Origin: Tubulanus polymorphus
Taxonomy: Eukaryota > Animalia > Nemertea
Assembly (NCBI RefSeq): GCF_964204645.1
Contig: NC_134028.1
Coordinates: forward strand, 26,656,345 to 26,720,344
Length of the DNA: 64,000 bases
Reading direction: 5' to 3'
Positions 12,063 to 26,100 of this stretch are shown in pieces. Within the stretch, counting starts at the first letter, position 1. Every line of letters starts with the position of its first letter. The notes beneath the pieces were generated by a model. The model had not been told where the DNA came from. It saw nothing but the letters and a program-made list of their open reading frames with translations, and searched no databases. A program made the translations under genes and the position numbers.

Positions 12063-15000
12063 TTAACTCTCATCTAATAGAATTCTACACTGTTCGTTGT
12101 TTTTGCGATGTAAAGGAAACGAAACTGCGTTGATTTTATGTTGTATCGATGTCCTTTTCTTATAAGGAGTGACGCTCATCGCTGGCAAAGACTCGCTCTG
12201 TTCAAACGTGTATCTGCGAATAAAACAGACAACAACAACATTATCAAATACATAAATCATCGGCGTTAAAGGTTAAGACACAGTTTAGAGTCCAGGACCC
12301 AGTTCCACAGTTGTGAGTTAAGATTTGACTCGGAGTTAACTCATTGAAGATTAACTAATTTTAACTCAGAGTTAACGCTCACTCAGAACTAGTTCCACAA
12401 TTCGTGATCTAAGTTTGACCCTATAATTCAAAAAGATTGGACTCGGTGACCACAATCCTTCCACTTTCAAATTGCGTGTTTTCCCGATAGAAATTTCCCT
12501 GTATTCTGATGAACGACAGTAAGAAAGACCCGAGTATTTATTTAGATAGACCCGAGTAGTTAGCTAGCCTAATAAATATTCACGACTGTTAACTAATATA
12601 TCTTTATAGGAATTGTTACATTTTCCATATGAAACGAAGTTGTAAAGTTCTAGTGACAGTATTTCCCTGTGCCTTTCAGAATTTTATCAAAATTCCCCAG
12701 GGTCCGATCCTGCGTTTTCCCGGTTTTCCAGAATCGTGGCCGGGGAACTGTGCAACCGGGTTCTAGTGTATCAAAGACTTGTTGTTATTATATTTCGTAC
12801 GTTTGAGTAAATTCTGGATGATTCATTTGTAAACACATCTTGAACGGAGCCTCGTAAAACTCCACGTCAGTGATGGAATCCATGTAGGATTCGGCTCGTG
12901 ATGTGAACTCCAGCCCGACACGGACGCCACCGACGTTTATACTGCTGGTGCCAAGCAGAAATAAAGCCCCGCTGCAAATATACAAAAAAGAAATATCGAA
13001 ACGAGAGAATACACACTCAAGGCCTAATCAAATAATAATTATGGAAGTGATATGGAACATATTTCGCATAAAACGATGAATGCAGCAAACAGGGGAATGC
13101 TTTGTTTAAGGTCGCTTAAATCAGTTTAAACCGCTATATACAGAATTCTATTCATCAATTCAATTTCTATCAGTTATTTATTTATCAGGTGTGACACCTG
13201 ACGATGATATCTATCGAGAGTTCGAAACGTCGTGTTCTTTGATTCTAATTCTCGATAAATAAGATTCGTTTTTAATGTTTTAAATTCTGTACATAGTGGG
13301 GCTTTAAACTTATTATCTGTCCTCCAAGTCAGAGTGTACCGCGCTATTCTACCACGTTAAGAAGTTAAAGCACTTGAAAAACATATTCAATATGACGTCA
13401 TAAGCGTTCATATCAATCGAAGCTGTACCATAAATCAGTATGATTACTCCAAGCATAAAGCGACTAAGTAAGTGACACGGGTCTAATTTCAATTACCATC
13501 CAGTAGTGTTCAACTATGAAAGCCTGATCGTTTACACCCCGTGACCAGCTCTACCAATCAAACCATAGGGTAGGTCAGCTATTATAAACCTGGTGTAGCC
13601 AGCATATATTCAAATGAAGCAATCACTTCTGGACCAATCAGAAACTAGGGTTAGCCATCCGTGGTAACCCCAGGTTTGCTTTGACTGATTAGTCATGTGA
13701 CCAACCAATGTTTACATACTAGATATTCAAATCAAGCCTCGGTTTGGACTACAAAGTAAACTGAATGAAATACTACGAAATAAAATGAATCCCACTCATT
13801 TAACATCGTCAGTAAACAGTGAACGATGTGATGTAACTAACCTGGATTCTACTAGAGAATTAGCGTTTCTGTTCCACAAACTGATACTGATCGCACCCGA
13901 TAAGTCAAATGATAAACCACTTGATATCGAATGTTTTACGATCAGACCGTTTTGTAGGTGCACGGCGCGATTATAATCGTGTAGTAGAATAGTACCCTGA
14001 AAAAAAAAACAAGTTTTATCAATCGAAGTATGAGTGGATAGCACTCCATTGCACTCAGAATTATCAGCCACATAAATTCGTCTGTTAAATGAGCCAAAAA
14101 TTTTCAGTTCGACTTCTTGAAAGTTAGTGTTAGATACAAACAAGCATTCATCTTCAAACTGCTAGTACGCAACCCTCGATATGTGCTGATTTTCAATCAT
14201 ACCTTCCTAAACAGCTTTAAACATTATGTAAATATGAGGAAGTGGACGCAGACATACTTTATGAATGAACCCTTAGTTTGTTTAATAACATCGTTACAAC
14301 GAACTTCAGGGCATCTGAAAATCGGTTTGTTATAATCGGTCGTATTATTAGTGTTCATTGTATTAAGTATGAAATAAACTAAATTGTGTTATTGGCCACT
14401 TTGAGAGCAGTCCTTCGATGTGGCAAATCTCAACATTTTTTGAGATTTTACCATGTCTGACGAGTAAGGTGAGGTTTCTGTATCCATGGACGTACAATCT
14501 AGTTTATACGCCCATCCCCTGAATCAGGAGTAGTTTTACCTGTACGACTGGTGTTAAAGTACTGGGTGCATACCAAACAGCACTCATCAATTCACTTTGA
14601 CCCTTAAAGAACTGTAACGGTGGAAGAGACACGTCTAGTAAACTGAGAACCATTCCAGCAGTAGCTTCTACCGTTTCATCTTTACTTTCATCATCGTAAT
14701 TATCATTTTCATTATCCTCACCACCGGCTAGTGATTCTAATCCATCGGCGTACAAGTTCAACTGAAAATATTACATAAAATTACAGTTAGCCTCGCATAA
14801 CTCGGAAAAACTAGGGCTGGTAAAATTCGAAGTCAGAAAATTATCTCAGTTTTGTCCGAGTTAGTCAGAGTTGGAAATATTTAATTCAAACAAAATTCAA
14901 GCGAAAGAAACATTCATAAAGTATGCATAAATACATAAAGAGAACTGAGGTTGACATCAATATGGTATTTCAAAGGATTCAGAGGAATTTATTTATCTTA

Positions 15001-18000
15001 CAGAAATGATTGGAAGCATTCGCTGATCTTTGTGTTTTAGGTAGACATCGAAATCACTGTTTTTCATTATTCCGGCCTTCGAATTCTCAACATTTAAACT
15101 GTATTTAATATCGGCATCAGTGAGAGCTGAAAAACAATGAAATATAGATATAATTCAGTTCTCGATTAGATTTGAGTTGAAATTAGTTCTTTTCCAATTT
15201 TTTAGCCCTTGAGTCAAATTCAAGCAGTAACTGTGGAACTGGGTTCTTATTCTACGATTTCTGGTTAAATTTAACTATAGGGTTGTAGAATATTTTAGTA
15301 TTTCTCATGTTTTTATCCTTGAGTCATATTCAAACCAGGCTCTAAATGTTGTCTTGATTTAATAATGCAGCTTACATTATGAATAGATTGAATGATTACC
15401 AGAGAGTGTTCCTGTGTATGAACTAGAGCCTCCATTTTGAGCAAAACTATCGTAATTAACAACCTTCGAATTGTTCCTCAATTGTGAGACTATTTTCTGG
15501 AAACAGGCATCTTTCGAAGCCAGATCTTCGACAATGGCCAGCACGTACGTCTTCAGCTCCTTCTGTCGTTCACTTTTCAATGATACGATCGCATTTTCCA
15601 GTAGTTCAAGTGTCGGTTTATTTCTAAGAACGATACTGAGCGCAGCCACACGAACAGTCGTGTCGTAACGTCTAGACGTTTGTAGGAAGATATTCAACAG
15701 CATTTCTTTCACCTAAAAACAAAACATATATAATAACATATAAATTATATATATATATTATAAACATAATATAATATGTGTCTTATATAGCGCTAAATCC
15801 AGCCAGGCTGCTCAGAGCGCTTTACATATTTTTCGATATTATCACCCAATTTTATACTCTAACATGTATCAGTCATCTCTCCCTGAGGAGAAGTAACACC
15901 GAGCTGCTAACAAACGCTCAGGAGTCATCTATCAGGCCAGGTATCCATTTACTCCTGGGTGGAGAGAGGCAATGAGGATAAGTGTCTTGCCCGAGGACGC
16001 TACGGCAATGTATGGGGTTCGAACCCACGACTAGGCTTCCCAGAGTCGAACGCTCTAACCGCTCTGCACCGCTCCACATACATGAATATGATGACAGAGT
16101 ATAATTATATTGAAGAGATTTACCATGGTCCACCTACACCCCACCCTTGCTGAAAGTAATTTCATACGAAATTACAACCATATCAAGTCTCATTTCAAAT
16201 CTAGTGTTAAACTTAACAGAGTTTTTTCACTTAGGTCTCGAAAGACATTATGAGTGAGCTCTATTACAAAAGTTTCACTGTATGATTATTAATAGACATT
16301 ATATTTCACCTCATCAGTGATATATCCACTCTCGATGTACGAGATAGCTTTAAGCGCAGCCAATGAGACGCTTCGTTGTTGCGAAGTTTCCGCTAATCTC
16401 AGCAGCGTCGGTAAAGGTTGATGTAAACGAGAATTACCGAGTGCGGTTAGAAAATCGATTTTACATTCGGCAGTTAGACACGCAGTCAGCTGATCCAGTA
16501 GATAATTCTGATAATCCTGGATAATCTATAACATCATAAAATATATAAGACATCGTGCAATTTTATAGAATAAGGATTGATGGTGCGATGAGAAGTGTTA
16601 CCAACCTGATCATTAGCTTGAATATTTTGCGCGAATGTTTTTATCAGAGCGCCGAGAGCTAAAGCGGCAGATCTCTGAATCTTTTCATCGCTGATTCCTT
16701 TCTTAACCACATCCTACAAACATACAGATCAGTGAAAATTATATCAGATATTCAGCAGCGGTTCATTTGTACATTCCCCAGAGAAATCAGCAGATACACA
16801 AAATCTCTGTCTCCCAAACAAAAATCAAACTTAAAGTTCAATAGGACAGACCCAGTTACCTCGTGGCCTCCCATTGTAGTAGTTTTGACACCATTTGACA
16901 TTGAAAATAGTGATTTCATTGAAAATGAAATGGAGATCATTCTGATTTTGAGTGTATATGGATAATTACGGAGTAGTTACTTAACTACTCTCGAAATGTA
17001 ATGGTAATCAGGTCTCTGATAGGGATTATATTCACCAGTAGTTTCTCCATAAGTAAATCATCTGGATGAGTGGCGTAAGACAACGCCATGAACATTCTTT
17101 CAGCTGTTGCTTGAGAGTCTTCCGAATTGAAATCGACCAATTCTAACATTGCATCAACAGCATCCACAGTTTGAGCAGCAGCAACAACGTCTATTAGTTC
17201 CGTGCTGTAAGAAGACAATATTTTACTATAAAGTAATGCATTTACGTAATGCAGGAAAAGTGAGAGAGAATTTGGACAACATCTGTATTAGAGCGTGTGT
17301 ATTAATGTGCAGCCTGGATTCAACCCCATCGGACAGTCAGTATTGAAGTGCGAACTATGGACTATCAGTTTTTGAATGTGTGCCGATAAAATATCAATAC
17401 ATATACACATGTCTGGTGTGTGTAGTTCATTCTGAATAAAGAATGTATGAGGTAAAGTTATGAACACACGTTGAGTGTGGATGATGAAGAATTGTAATAA
17501 TGGCGATAGTGTGAAGACTGTCTGAGGAGGTTCAGGGACCAGGCTGCAGACCTGCATAAAGCAACAAAGTAAAGTTTCGAACAATGAAATGCGTCTGATT
17601 ATTTTGTTCATCTGGAACAATGATATCAAAACAGGAGAAGAAACTATTCTTGACAGTCATGTACTTACAAAATGTCTTTGTTTTTGGGATCTTTGAGAAC
17701 TTTAACGATCTCCTTTTTACCGGTTTGTCTAAAACTTGCCACCAGTTTAACAAAAGCACCTGCGGCTTCCAGATGACCGAGTTTCTCTTTATCAAGGTCG
17801 CCGCGAAGTTTAGCCACCAAATCGCCAGGCTAAGTTAGAATAGTTGTATAATAAAAAGCTCACAATGTTATGAAGCCGTTTAAAACGCAAGCAAAGTGTT
17901 GTTGTGTTAACAGAATTAAATGAAGAAAAAGGTGAAGATTGAAAAAAGCAAAATCTACAATGTACAAATATATCTATACATATATCACAAAAGCTTCTAT

Positions 18001-20811
18001 CACCAAATAACATTAAAATGTGTTTAGAATGTGAACTAAAATGATTGAAGTCAGATCAGGCCACTGTTAAATTCAATTAATGAATAAGCTATGAAGCGCA
18101 CTCCATCAAAAATTTAGCAAATACAACTAGTCATTGAAGAAAGTCTCCTAGTCATAGTTGTTTAAGTCTGATCTCACTTTAATGTTTTACATTTATTGTG
18201 CGTAAATCTAAAAACGTTGATTTTACCTTCAAACACTGATCACACGTACCAGACAGCCCTTCCTCATCATCAACAGTAGGTAACATTTCAAATATTTTCC
18301 ATGTACTACCTAACAACAGACATTTAACCATGAACAAGGTACATATTTCTATCTCCCGAAATGAGTGGAATGAGACCCGATACGATCTTGATTCAGCACT
18401 TCTACTTACTGTCTTTGATCAAAGCTGCAGCTTCTTGCGGATTATCACCATCTATTGATTCGCATGAACCAGTGCTCACCTGCACTAAGTGCTGCCTATA
18501 ATAGAAACAAATAGGAGTGAAATTTACAGACCAGACTGAGCCTTTATGCTTCTCCGCTAAAATTTGATTCTTGAGTAGAAACTTTGAAAACGAACAGTTC
18601 TTGATTCTCAACTCAACAGACAGTTTTGGTGTTTGTTCCAGAACTCATTATAACAGTTGATAATTTAAGTCAATGCCAAATAAGTTTACATCCTTTTATG
18701 CATATAACATTGTCCTTCGACAGGGATTTCAACCTGCTGGCTGCTACCGCACAAAACCCTGAAACTGCCCGATCAGTCCAGTGTGCACAAGTACGATTCA
18801 CAGCTTAGCCCTATGATAAATTGCAGTGGAGATCCCTAAGAAAAGACGAACCCAGGCTAGAATAATGACTGACTAAAAATGACACCTTGGCCAAGTGCAC
18901 AAATAGCAGCGCACCTAGACTAATCGGGCAGGCTTTCATGCCAATGGCAGCCTTGGGTTTGAATTCCTAAAATAGCAGTTTGTTTTTACTATAGTCTCTC
19001 TATGCTTATGTTGATAACTCACATTTGTAAGAATTGATTAGCGATCTTAGAATGAGTTGGTATCGATAGATCATGAGTTTCTGTGGCTGTTACGACTTTG
19101 ATTGAACCATCGGCGTCCAATTCATAGATAGTGATCATATTAGAAACATCGCTGATATCTAAAACCTGCAAATAAAATAAAATGATGAGTATTTCAGGTC
19201 AGGTTGAATTGCAGTTTGGTTATAGAAATGTATTTTACCTTATTGTAATTTCGATTTTGTCCTGCGATCTCTAATGTAGAACAATCTGATTTAGTTTTTG
19301 TAACTGTATTTTTGTGGACTTCATATTCTACGGTACATTCGCCAGAAATATCAACCTATAAAACATTGATTCATAAATTATAGAACAATTTTTAACAATC
19401 TGTCTTTTAGGGGATGGGAGGGGGGCGTAGGTGCTGAAAAAGGGCATCGTCTGTATCCCTGACAAGGTGCTGGAGACTCAACACAAGAATTCAAAAGAAG
19501 GGTTTGGGGTCCTATCCAAGAAAACATCGAGAAACAAAGTTAAATTGGTTAAATTGTTGTAATTGGGAGATCATTATGTTGATTACTTACCCAAATGACA
19601 ACTTATACTTCAAAAATAGAACTGGGGATTCAGAAATTTGGACTAGTAAAATAGTGAGGATATTTGGTACATCATGAGTGTCAGGCTTTGCCGATTTGTC
19701 GATAGTTTCAATGATTCTTACCTCATTCTTGATTTCAGATTTAGTTTGATATTGGAATAAACTGATGATTCCGTTTTTGATATTCTGAGCTGCTATTTCT
19801 TCCTCAGCCGTGATATAAACTCTTGTCACTCGTCCATCTTTACGCAGGAAATATATCGGATATTTCGATAGCGTCGCGTACGGTAAAACTGTTCCTGGTT
19901 CAGTCGATTTTACACCATTCAATTTCACATTGAATACCTATAAGAATATAACGAGACTTATTAACAATAGCAACATAGCTCAACCCACTAAACACCATAC
20001 AGGGTCCCTATCAAACCACTGAGTGCCATTCGTAGGGGTGGATCCAGGTGACTGCGAGTAAAAGAGCAACTTTCCAGAGCTAGGAAATCCAGGGACACCA
20101 TGCCCAGTTGCGAAAATGGTTCGAAACGCTAAAAAATCTGACAATTTCAATATAAGTCTCCAAGTGTGCTAAAAAAGCTGTTTATGACTGAATTGAAAAT
20201 TGCGAAATCTATTTGCAATAAACTCGTAAAAAGAAAACTCTTTAACTTTTAATATCTGATGCAGATGTAGGCCTACGTAACACCACTATATCTACCTGCA
20301 TTCTGAATAAAGCTGAAGTTTCTTTGGTCCAAAGAGCGTCCATTTCAACCGTAGCCGACAATTTAAATCCAACATCGTATTCTTTCTTTAAAACGGTTTC
20401 ACTGGCTATCACGGACGTCTCGTAGTTATAAACATATCTCACTCCTGATTTGTACGATGAGACAAAACCTGCAAAATAAATCACTTCACATCAGATACAA
20501 ATAGAAATGTTGAAGAATGATGATTTATGTGATGAGTAGAGCAGCCAATGACGCAGTTTTCTAGAGTTGGCCGTCAAAGTTTTTATTTTGAGATATCTTA
20601 GAATACGTTTAAGTAGTGTAGTGCCAATAGTGTGGACCAAAAAAGTGTTTGACAACTTGCTTGACTGAGACCCGAGACGAGGAGAGAATAAATAGTAGAA
20701 AAGTTTCTTGGCTTTTTTATGACAACTCAAAACGACTGTTGTTTTACATCACTTACCACAAACCGCACACATTAACAGAAACCACCGAGAAAATCTGATC
20801 GAATTTCTCAT
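12063..20811 (-). CDS. MTTP: Microsomal triglyceride transfer protein large subunit, ~17 exons
   Basis: Signal exon 20811-20757 (MRNSIRFSRWFLLMCAVC). Lipid-transport-domain motifs: YVYNYETSV, NIKNGIISLFQ, VDISGECTVEY, ELIDVVAAAQT, AERMFMALSYATHP, ALGNSR, VRVAAL, NYDSFAQNGGSSSY, FFKGQSELMSAVW, GLSFDLSGAISISLWNRNA, FYEAPFKMCLQM and SFPLHRKNNEQC. Last exon 12213-12063. Confidence 0.95.
12296..12397. mobile_element. MITE family with GGNCCAGTTCCACA termini (PIF/Harbinger-like), truncated copy
   Basis: Nearly identical to the copies at 26282-26389 and 63229-63336. Confidence 0.7.
13193..13236 (+). ncRNA. Minimal (Penelope-type) hammerhead ribozyme-like motif
   Basis: GACAC-CTGACGA-T-(imperfect stem II)-GAAA-CGTC-GTGTT: helix I arms pair, the core boxes are intact and helix III is vestigial. 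A sister copy lies on the - strand at 30683-30721. Confidence 0.55.
15779..16076 (-). mobile_element. tRNA-derived SINE with conserved central domain and L2-like 3' tail
   Basis: Head with an A-box-like GGTGCAGAGCGG and B-box GGTTCGAACCC. Core GTCCTCGGGCAAGACACTT...CTCTCCACCCAGGAGTAAATGG. Tail TGTAAAGCGCTCTGAG...AGCGCTATATAAG, followed by an AT-rich simple repeat at ~15725-15777. Confidence 0.8.
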
Positions 20812-20877
20812 TCTACTGCCGCTGTATCAATATCTAAAACTTTACTGACAAACTTCTTCAAAACTTGTTGTTAAACT

Positions 20878-20944
20878 TAAACTTTGATCCGAGTGAGAGG
20901 GTATCCCCGTTATTTCCGTGTTCCCTCTCACACGATGACGTCAT
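20878..20944 (-). promoter_or_regulatory. Candidate MTTP proximal regulatory motifs: DR1/HNF4-like site and CRE palindrome
   Basis: GGATCA-A-AGTTTA at 20890-20878 and ATGACGTCAT at 20935-20944, 67-133 nt upstream of the MTTP ATG. Motif match only. Confidence 0.35.
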
Positions 20945-23129
20945 AACAAACCACGGCCGCGATGATTTTTTTTCACTAGAAAAACAATTCCTAGATGATG
21001 AATAACCCGTAGTTTCATAATAAAACTTCTACTATTCTGATATGATCAAAATTATTGGCAATACATTAATTGATCCAATTATAACCGGTCAAACCTGAAT
21101 ATTGTGGGATTCGAACTCAATGATAGGAGAGCACGATGCAATGGCGCAATGCCCGAATGGTTCAGGCAATCTCAGTGATGATTCCTTCTGTATATTCGTT
21201 CCCCTGTTCGTAATATTGAAACCTTCTATGTTGAAATAGGTACTATACCACGATTGCAACATTCACACATGAATAGAAACAAAACGTGGGTGCAGCTCCA
21301 AGCCCTGCTGGCGGTTGGATGGAGGGCTGGGTGCGGCGGGGAGGAGAGCGAGAGGTGTCCGACTCGGCCCTCCCCGGTCCCGAGCTCCTCTCTGGGGGTG
21401 GGGCTGCTGGACGGGAGGACGAGTGAGGGTTGACCAGATGGGGACGTCTTTGTCTACGGTTGAGTTCGTAGCCACTGCCGGTTGGTCCGGCCCAGCAGAG
21501 GCCTGGTTCAGATAAGCCATGCCCAGATAGCCCTGAGACTGCCATGCCACCGGCCACGCAGACGCAGGGATGGGTCTGGGGCCAGCTATAACTGTTCCAC
21601 TGGTTAACTCTTACCGACTAGAACACCTGGGGCCCCAGATTGCATTATTCTGGAGTACAGTAGAGTTACTTATTTATGATAAGTCGCATTGCGCAGTCCA
21701 TTCCAGAAAAATGCTTTTATAGTTTGGAATCTGATAGGCTAAGTGAATTCTAGGCCTATTTTCCTTAGCATAAAACTCTATTCAACTGGTTTCGGCTGTG
21801 ATTGGCCAGGTAACTAGAGTAAAGGTCAATCAATCACCAGCTATTGTTCGGGTTAGTGAGTATTTTAGCTGATAACCAATGCAGCCAACCAGCTGGGAAC
21901 TGTGTGGGTTATGTCGGCACACACAGTCACAGACCCTGTCAGTGTCATCATGTCAACCCAACAGATTGAATATACAATCATCAATTAGTTCTAGTTGGCA
22001 GTTTGTTTTGGGTGTTTGAGACAAAAATATAGTAATAGATACCGTGTCAGCCTCCTAAGTCATGTACGATTATAATCAATGTATGTGAATAATTTGTAAC
22101 TGGTGGCATTTTTTCCTGCTATACAAAAAGTGGCAATTTTACCGGTGGCATTTTTTTCGTATGTTGCAAAATTTGGTGCCGGCGCCATTTTTACCGACAA
22201 TCTAATAACATGCTGTGAACAATTCATTTTTAAGGCTCCACTGAGATTCAAAAGCAACGATACACGACGGAGCAGTCCCTTGTTGAACTGATCGAGTCAG
22301 TTGATCTAGAGAATGGCACAGATAGGAATTGTCGAGGATAAGTTTGAGAGGAAGCTGGTAAGATGCCTGAGGAAAGGTTTATCAGTTGACTCTGAAAATC
22401 GTCATGAATTTACGACCCCAGATTCAAACGAATGTCAAGGTCGTAGAGCCACCATTCTGAAAGGCGGCAGCCGACAACGTTATTTAGGGTTTTTTGAATA
22501 AAATAAAATTGCTGCTGGATTTTATGAGGAATAATCCAATTCAGTGTATTTGATGCTGGCATTTCTAATTGAAAATAAAAATGTCCTCCTCCAGTCCTTG
22601 AAAAATGCATGGAAATGGTTTTTATTTCGAAAATGAAAGAAAACCGTTCATCATCGTCTCTTTGAAAACATGTATGCCAAAACGGTTTTTCGAAGTTTTC
22701 TTTTACATTATCAATGAAAATAATATTATCATCCGCCCTCGTCATAATTATTTTGAAAATGTTCAGAATGAGAATCTATATTTTTGAATGGCGGCTAATC
22801 TATTCACGAACGGCTCAGTCTATTTGTTTTAGGAAGTCCATGAAAAGGGACATTTACTTGACCTATAATGATCTATAAACGTCCGTGCAAGACGACGATT
22901 TCCGAATGACCACTCGTAGTTGATTGGGTGTTGTTGAAGGGTAATTGATAGCAATTACAGTAAAATCACGGTTTGCGTGTTATGTGCACACTTTACGTAC
23001 AAACGATATATTCAGTCGATAAATACTCGCAGTACCAGTGCACAATTACTCTCAGTAGGTTAAAAACTCGATATCGACAACTATAGCTCCGCTGAAATCT
23101 GTATTAGGAGATAGACGGAATTTCTAAAA

Positions 23130-26100
23130 ATGAAATTATCCGATGATAACTTTGGAGAATCGGTAAGTCCGGCAAAAATTCAGAAAAAGGCAACTTCCTG
23201 ACGTAGTCTCTTCCCTTCTGTTTAGCCCTATGTATTTTGATTCTTTTCATACAGAAAATGTTTTTTTTCGTGCATCTAGAAAACCTTTGGTGGCTTTATA
23301 GAATATCAACACTTTATTTTCTTAACTACGGGTCCGGATCATTTTTACCCCTTGAGTACGTACCGGCGATGCTGCGGGTCTAATTTGAAAAATTAGGCAC
23401 ATTTTTAGGCAATTTTAGTGCATCTGCTATATGTAGTACTGTGGACTTTCGTCATGTGATTTTCACTAAGGGCACTCGGTCAGAAAAAGGACTCCCGAAC
23501 CGCCTGTAGATCCGACCCTGATATAATCATAGTCTAGTTTAGCTTTGGTTTTATCTCGGAACCTATGCATCACGTCGGCCTAAAGCTGTTCAATTTCGAA
23601 CCAAAAATACTGCTTTTGCTAAACAACGAATGTATTGATAGACATTCTGTGACCTGAGAAATACCACATAAATAGCTATTCGCAGATTTGTATGCTGATA
23701 TTAAACAATGTCGGTGTAGGGCCTATAATACTGCTATACCAGCGAAACAAGTTTTACTCATTTGTGCGTCTGTTTTCTGAATAGACCGCCTATGAGTATA
23801 ATCACTGTAGTCCTTGTGCAATTAAAATTTTGTTAGAAAAGTAATGAGCTAAAATTTGTTTATGTAGAAAGAATCTCGCGGGATGTGTGGCAGCTGAATG
23901 ACGGGTTGGAATTAACGCACCGTCCCGGATGCCACCTTTCGCTTTTCTAACGAGATTTCTATTTTACAAATTTGATGACATCATTAGGATCCTATATGAA
24001 TGTATATGGAGACTGTCATCGTTCCTCGCTAATTAGTCTTTTAAAAGTCTATTTGGACTTATTCGACCTCAATGCGCAAGTTGACAGAAACGCCTGTAAG
24101 ACCGTGCTTTGTGTTTAAATGGTGAAACCACGTGAAACAGATTGACTCCTTTAACGCAAGATGGCGTATTAGTTAAGGTGTCGTGTTTAAAACCTATTAT
24201 TTTCTGGGTTTTTGTTAATGTAATCATGTGATGGAAACTGTTTTTTTTACAATGGAAATGGTTGGAGTGTAAATAAATTCGTAATTCATTGGTAGAATAA
24301 AGCTATAAGCTTATCTAATGGTATCGCGTATGATGACGGATCTCCGATGTATAAAGAGTCACATACGACGCCTTTCGGAAATATATCCATGATTCTGTTG
24401 GCATGATTTTAGTCTTTCTTCTCATGTTTCGCACTCTACCCCGCTATGCCGTTGACCTTTCAATAGTTCAAAATTTGAACTCGAATTAATTACATAGTGT
24501 ATCTATTATACGTCACGTTTGGATCACACTAGCACAGCTGCGCCCACATTCTTAATTTCACCTTATACAAGAGAACCTTTAAATAGTGTGTCGTTTGAGG
24601 TCTAGATCGACACGCCCTACACTGTAGCATCAACATCTGATATAAACACCGCGTGAATCAGAGTCTAGCTAGCATCCACCGCGCCGAGCTCTGAGCAGCA
24701 GTAAGCGAGTCGAGTCGATCGAACAACCGCTTCACGGTATACACAGACCGCTGTCATACACCCGAACATTCTACTACTATTAGACTAATTATCAAATATG
24801 CGAGCAAATTATAATTGAGGAAGTTATTAAAACTGGACATACACACGCACGAGGCGGCGCACGTTTGGCGATTCTGATTAGACCGACATCTGCGTAGTGT
24901 ACACACAGAGCTGACCACAGACTCTTTGTAGTGGATGTACACTGGCATACGGTATAATGGCTACATCGAATAGTACAGGATCTCTAGTATTTCCATTTCA
25001 GACTCCGATTCTGGGCAAGCACGGAGAATACGGTGCCCTAACCATGCCCGACGGAGTGCCCCACGACGCCCACGGATCTACTATCAGTTTTCACGATATC
25101 AATTATTCGGCTATGGTCAAGACTCAACCTTGTTGTGGAAAAAGCGAACGGAAAGTGATCCTCAAAGATATCAAGTAAGTGGAAGACCGCGATCATAATG
25201 ATTCGTATAATATTTGCATGAAATACAGCGTATGTACGTACATTACCCGGCAGTAAAAATCAATGTTTTAGTATCAGCTGGTTGTTTCTGACAATGTGTC
25301 GAATTTGAATTTTCCTTGTTTAGATACTCGATCATACTGTATTCTAGTCAGTAATATGTGTGCATAGTTTTACGATCAGTTATTTTCTGCAAACCTTGGC
25401 GTTGGTCCACCCGATTATAAACCACCATCGATTAGGTATTAAACTACTATAACCCGCATTCGAATTTGAAGTTTTTGTTGCATTCGAATATCATCTTCAT
25501 TCGCGTTTCGATGGTGCAGTGCTTTGGTGGTTAAACGTTTAGGTTTTAGGTATAGATAACTAAACTCTGCAGATACTGCGCGGTTTTATTATTAGCTCAA
25601 CAACTCTCGGCGTAGCTGTTACTTCAGAAAACGATTTCTTCTGATTATTTTACGTTTAAAGAACTTTCGCCTCAGCTGTTTCAGTTATATGTGGAACAGT
25701 CTACCTTTTAATTAATTAGCTGCGCAGATATCAAATATCAATTTCAGTCTGGTGTAAAAACTTATCAAGCAAAATTTTATCGAAATGCAATAATATAATG
25801 ATGTGTTTTATGTAAACTGAGAGTGGTGTAACGATAATTTCCATTATCTTCATGATCATCATTATAATCATTAATCATTATGGTTATTATTATTATTCCC
25901 CAGTGGAGTTTTTAGACAAGGCATGAACGCGATTCTTGGACCAACTGGAAGTGGAAAATCTTCGTAAGTATAATGCATACTATAAATGAACATCATCGGA
26001 CATCACAGGACGTCGTTTCTTCCCGTTTAAACTAACGATGTATTCATGGTTTTTAAGGTTATTGGATGTTTTAGCTGGCCGCAAAGATAAATCTGGTTTA

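Noticed and set aside
17479-17525. Box C/D snoRNA-like ATGATGA...CTGA
   Set aside because: Too short, antisense to the host intron and without a terminal stem.
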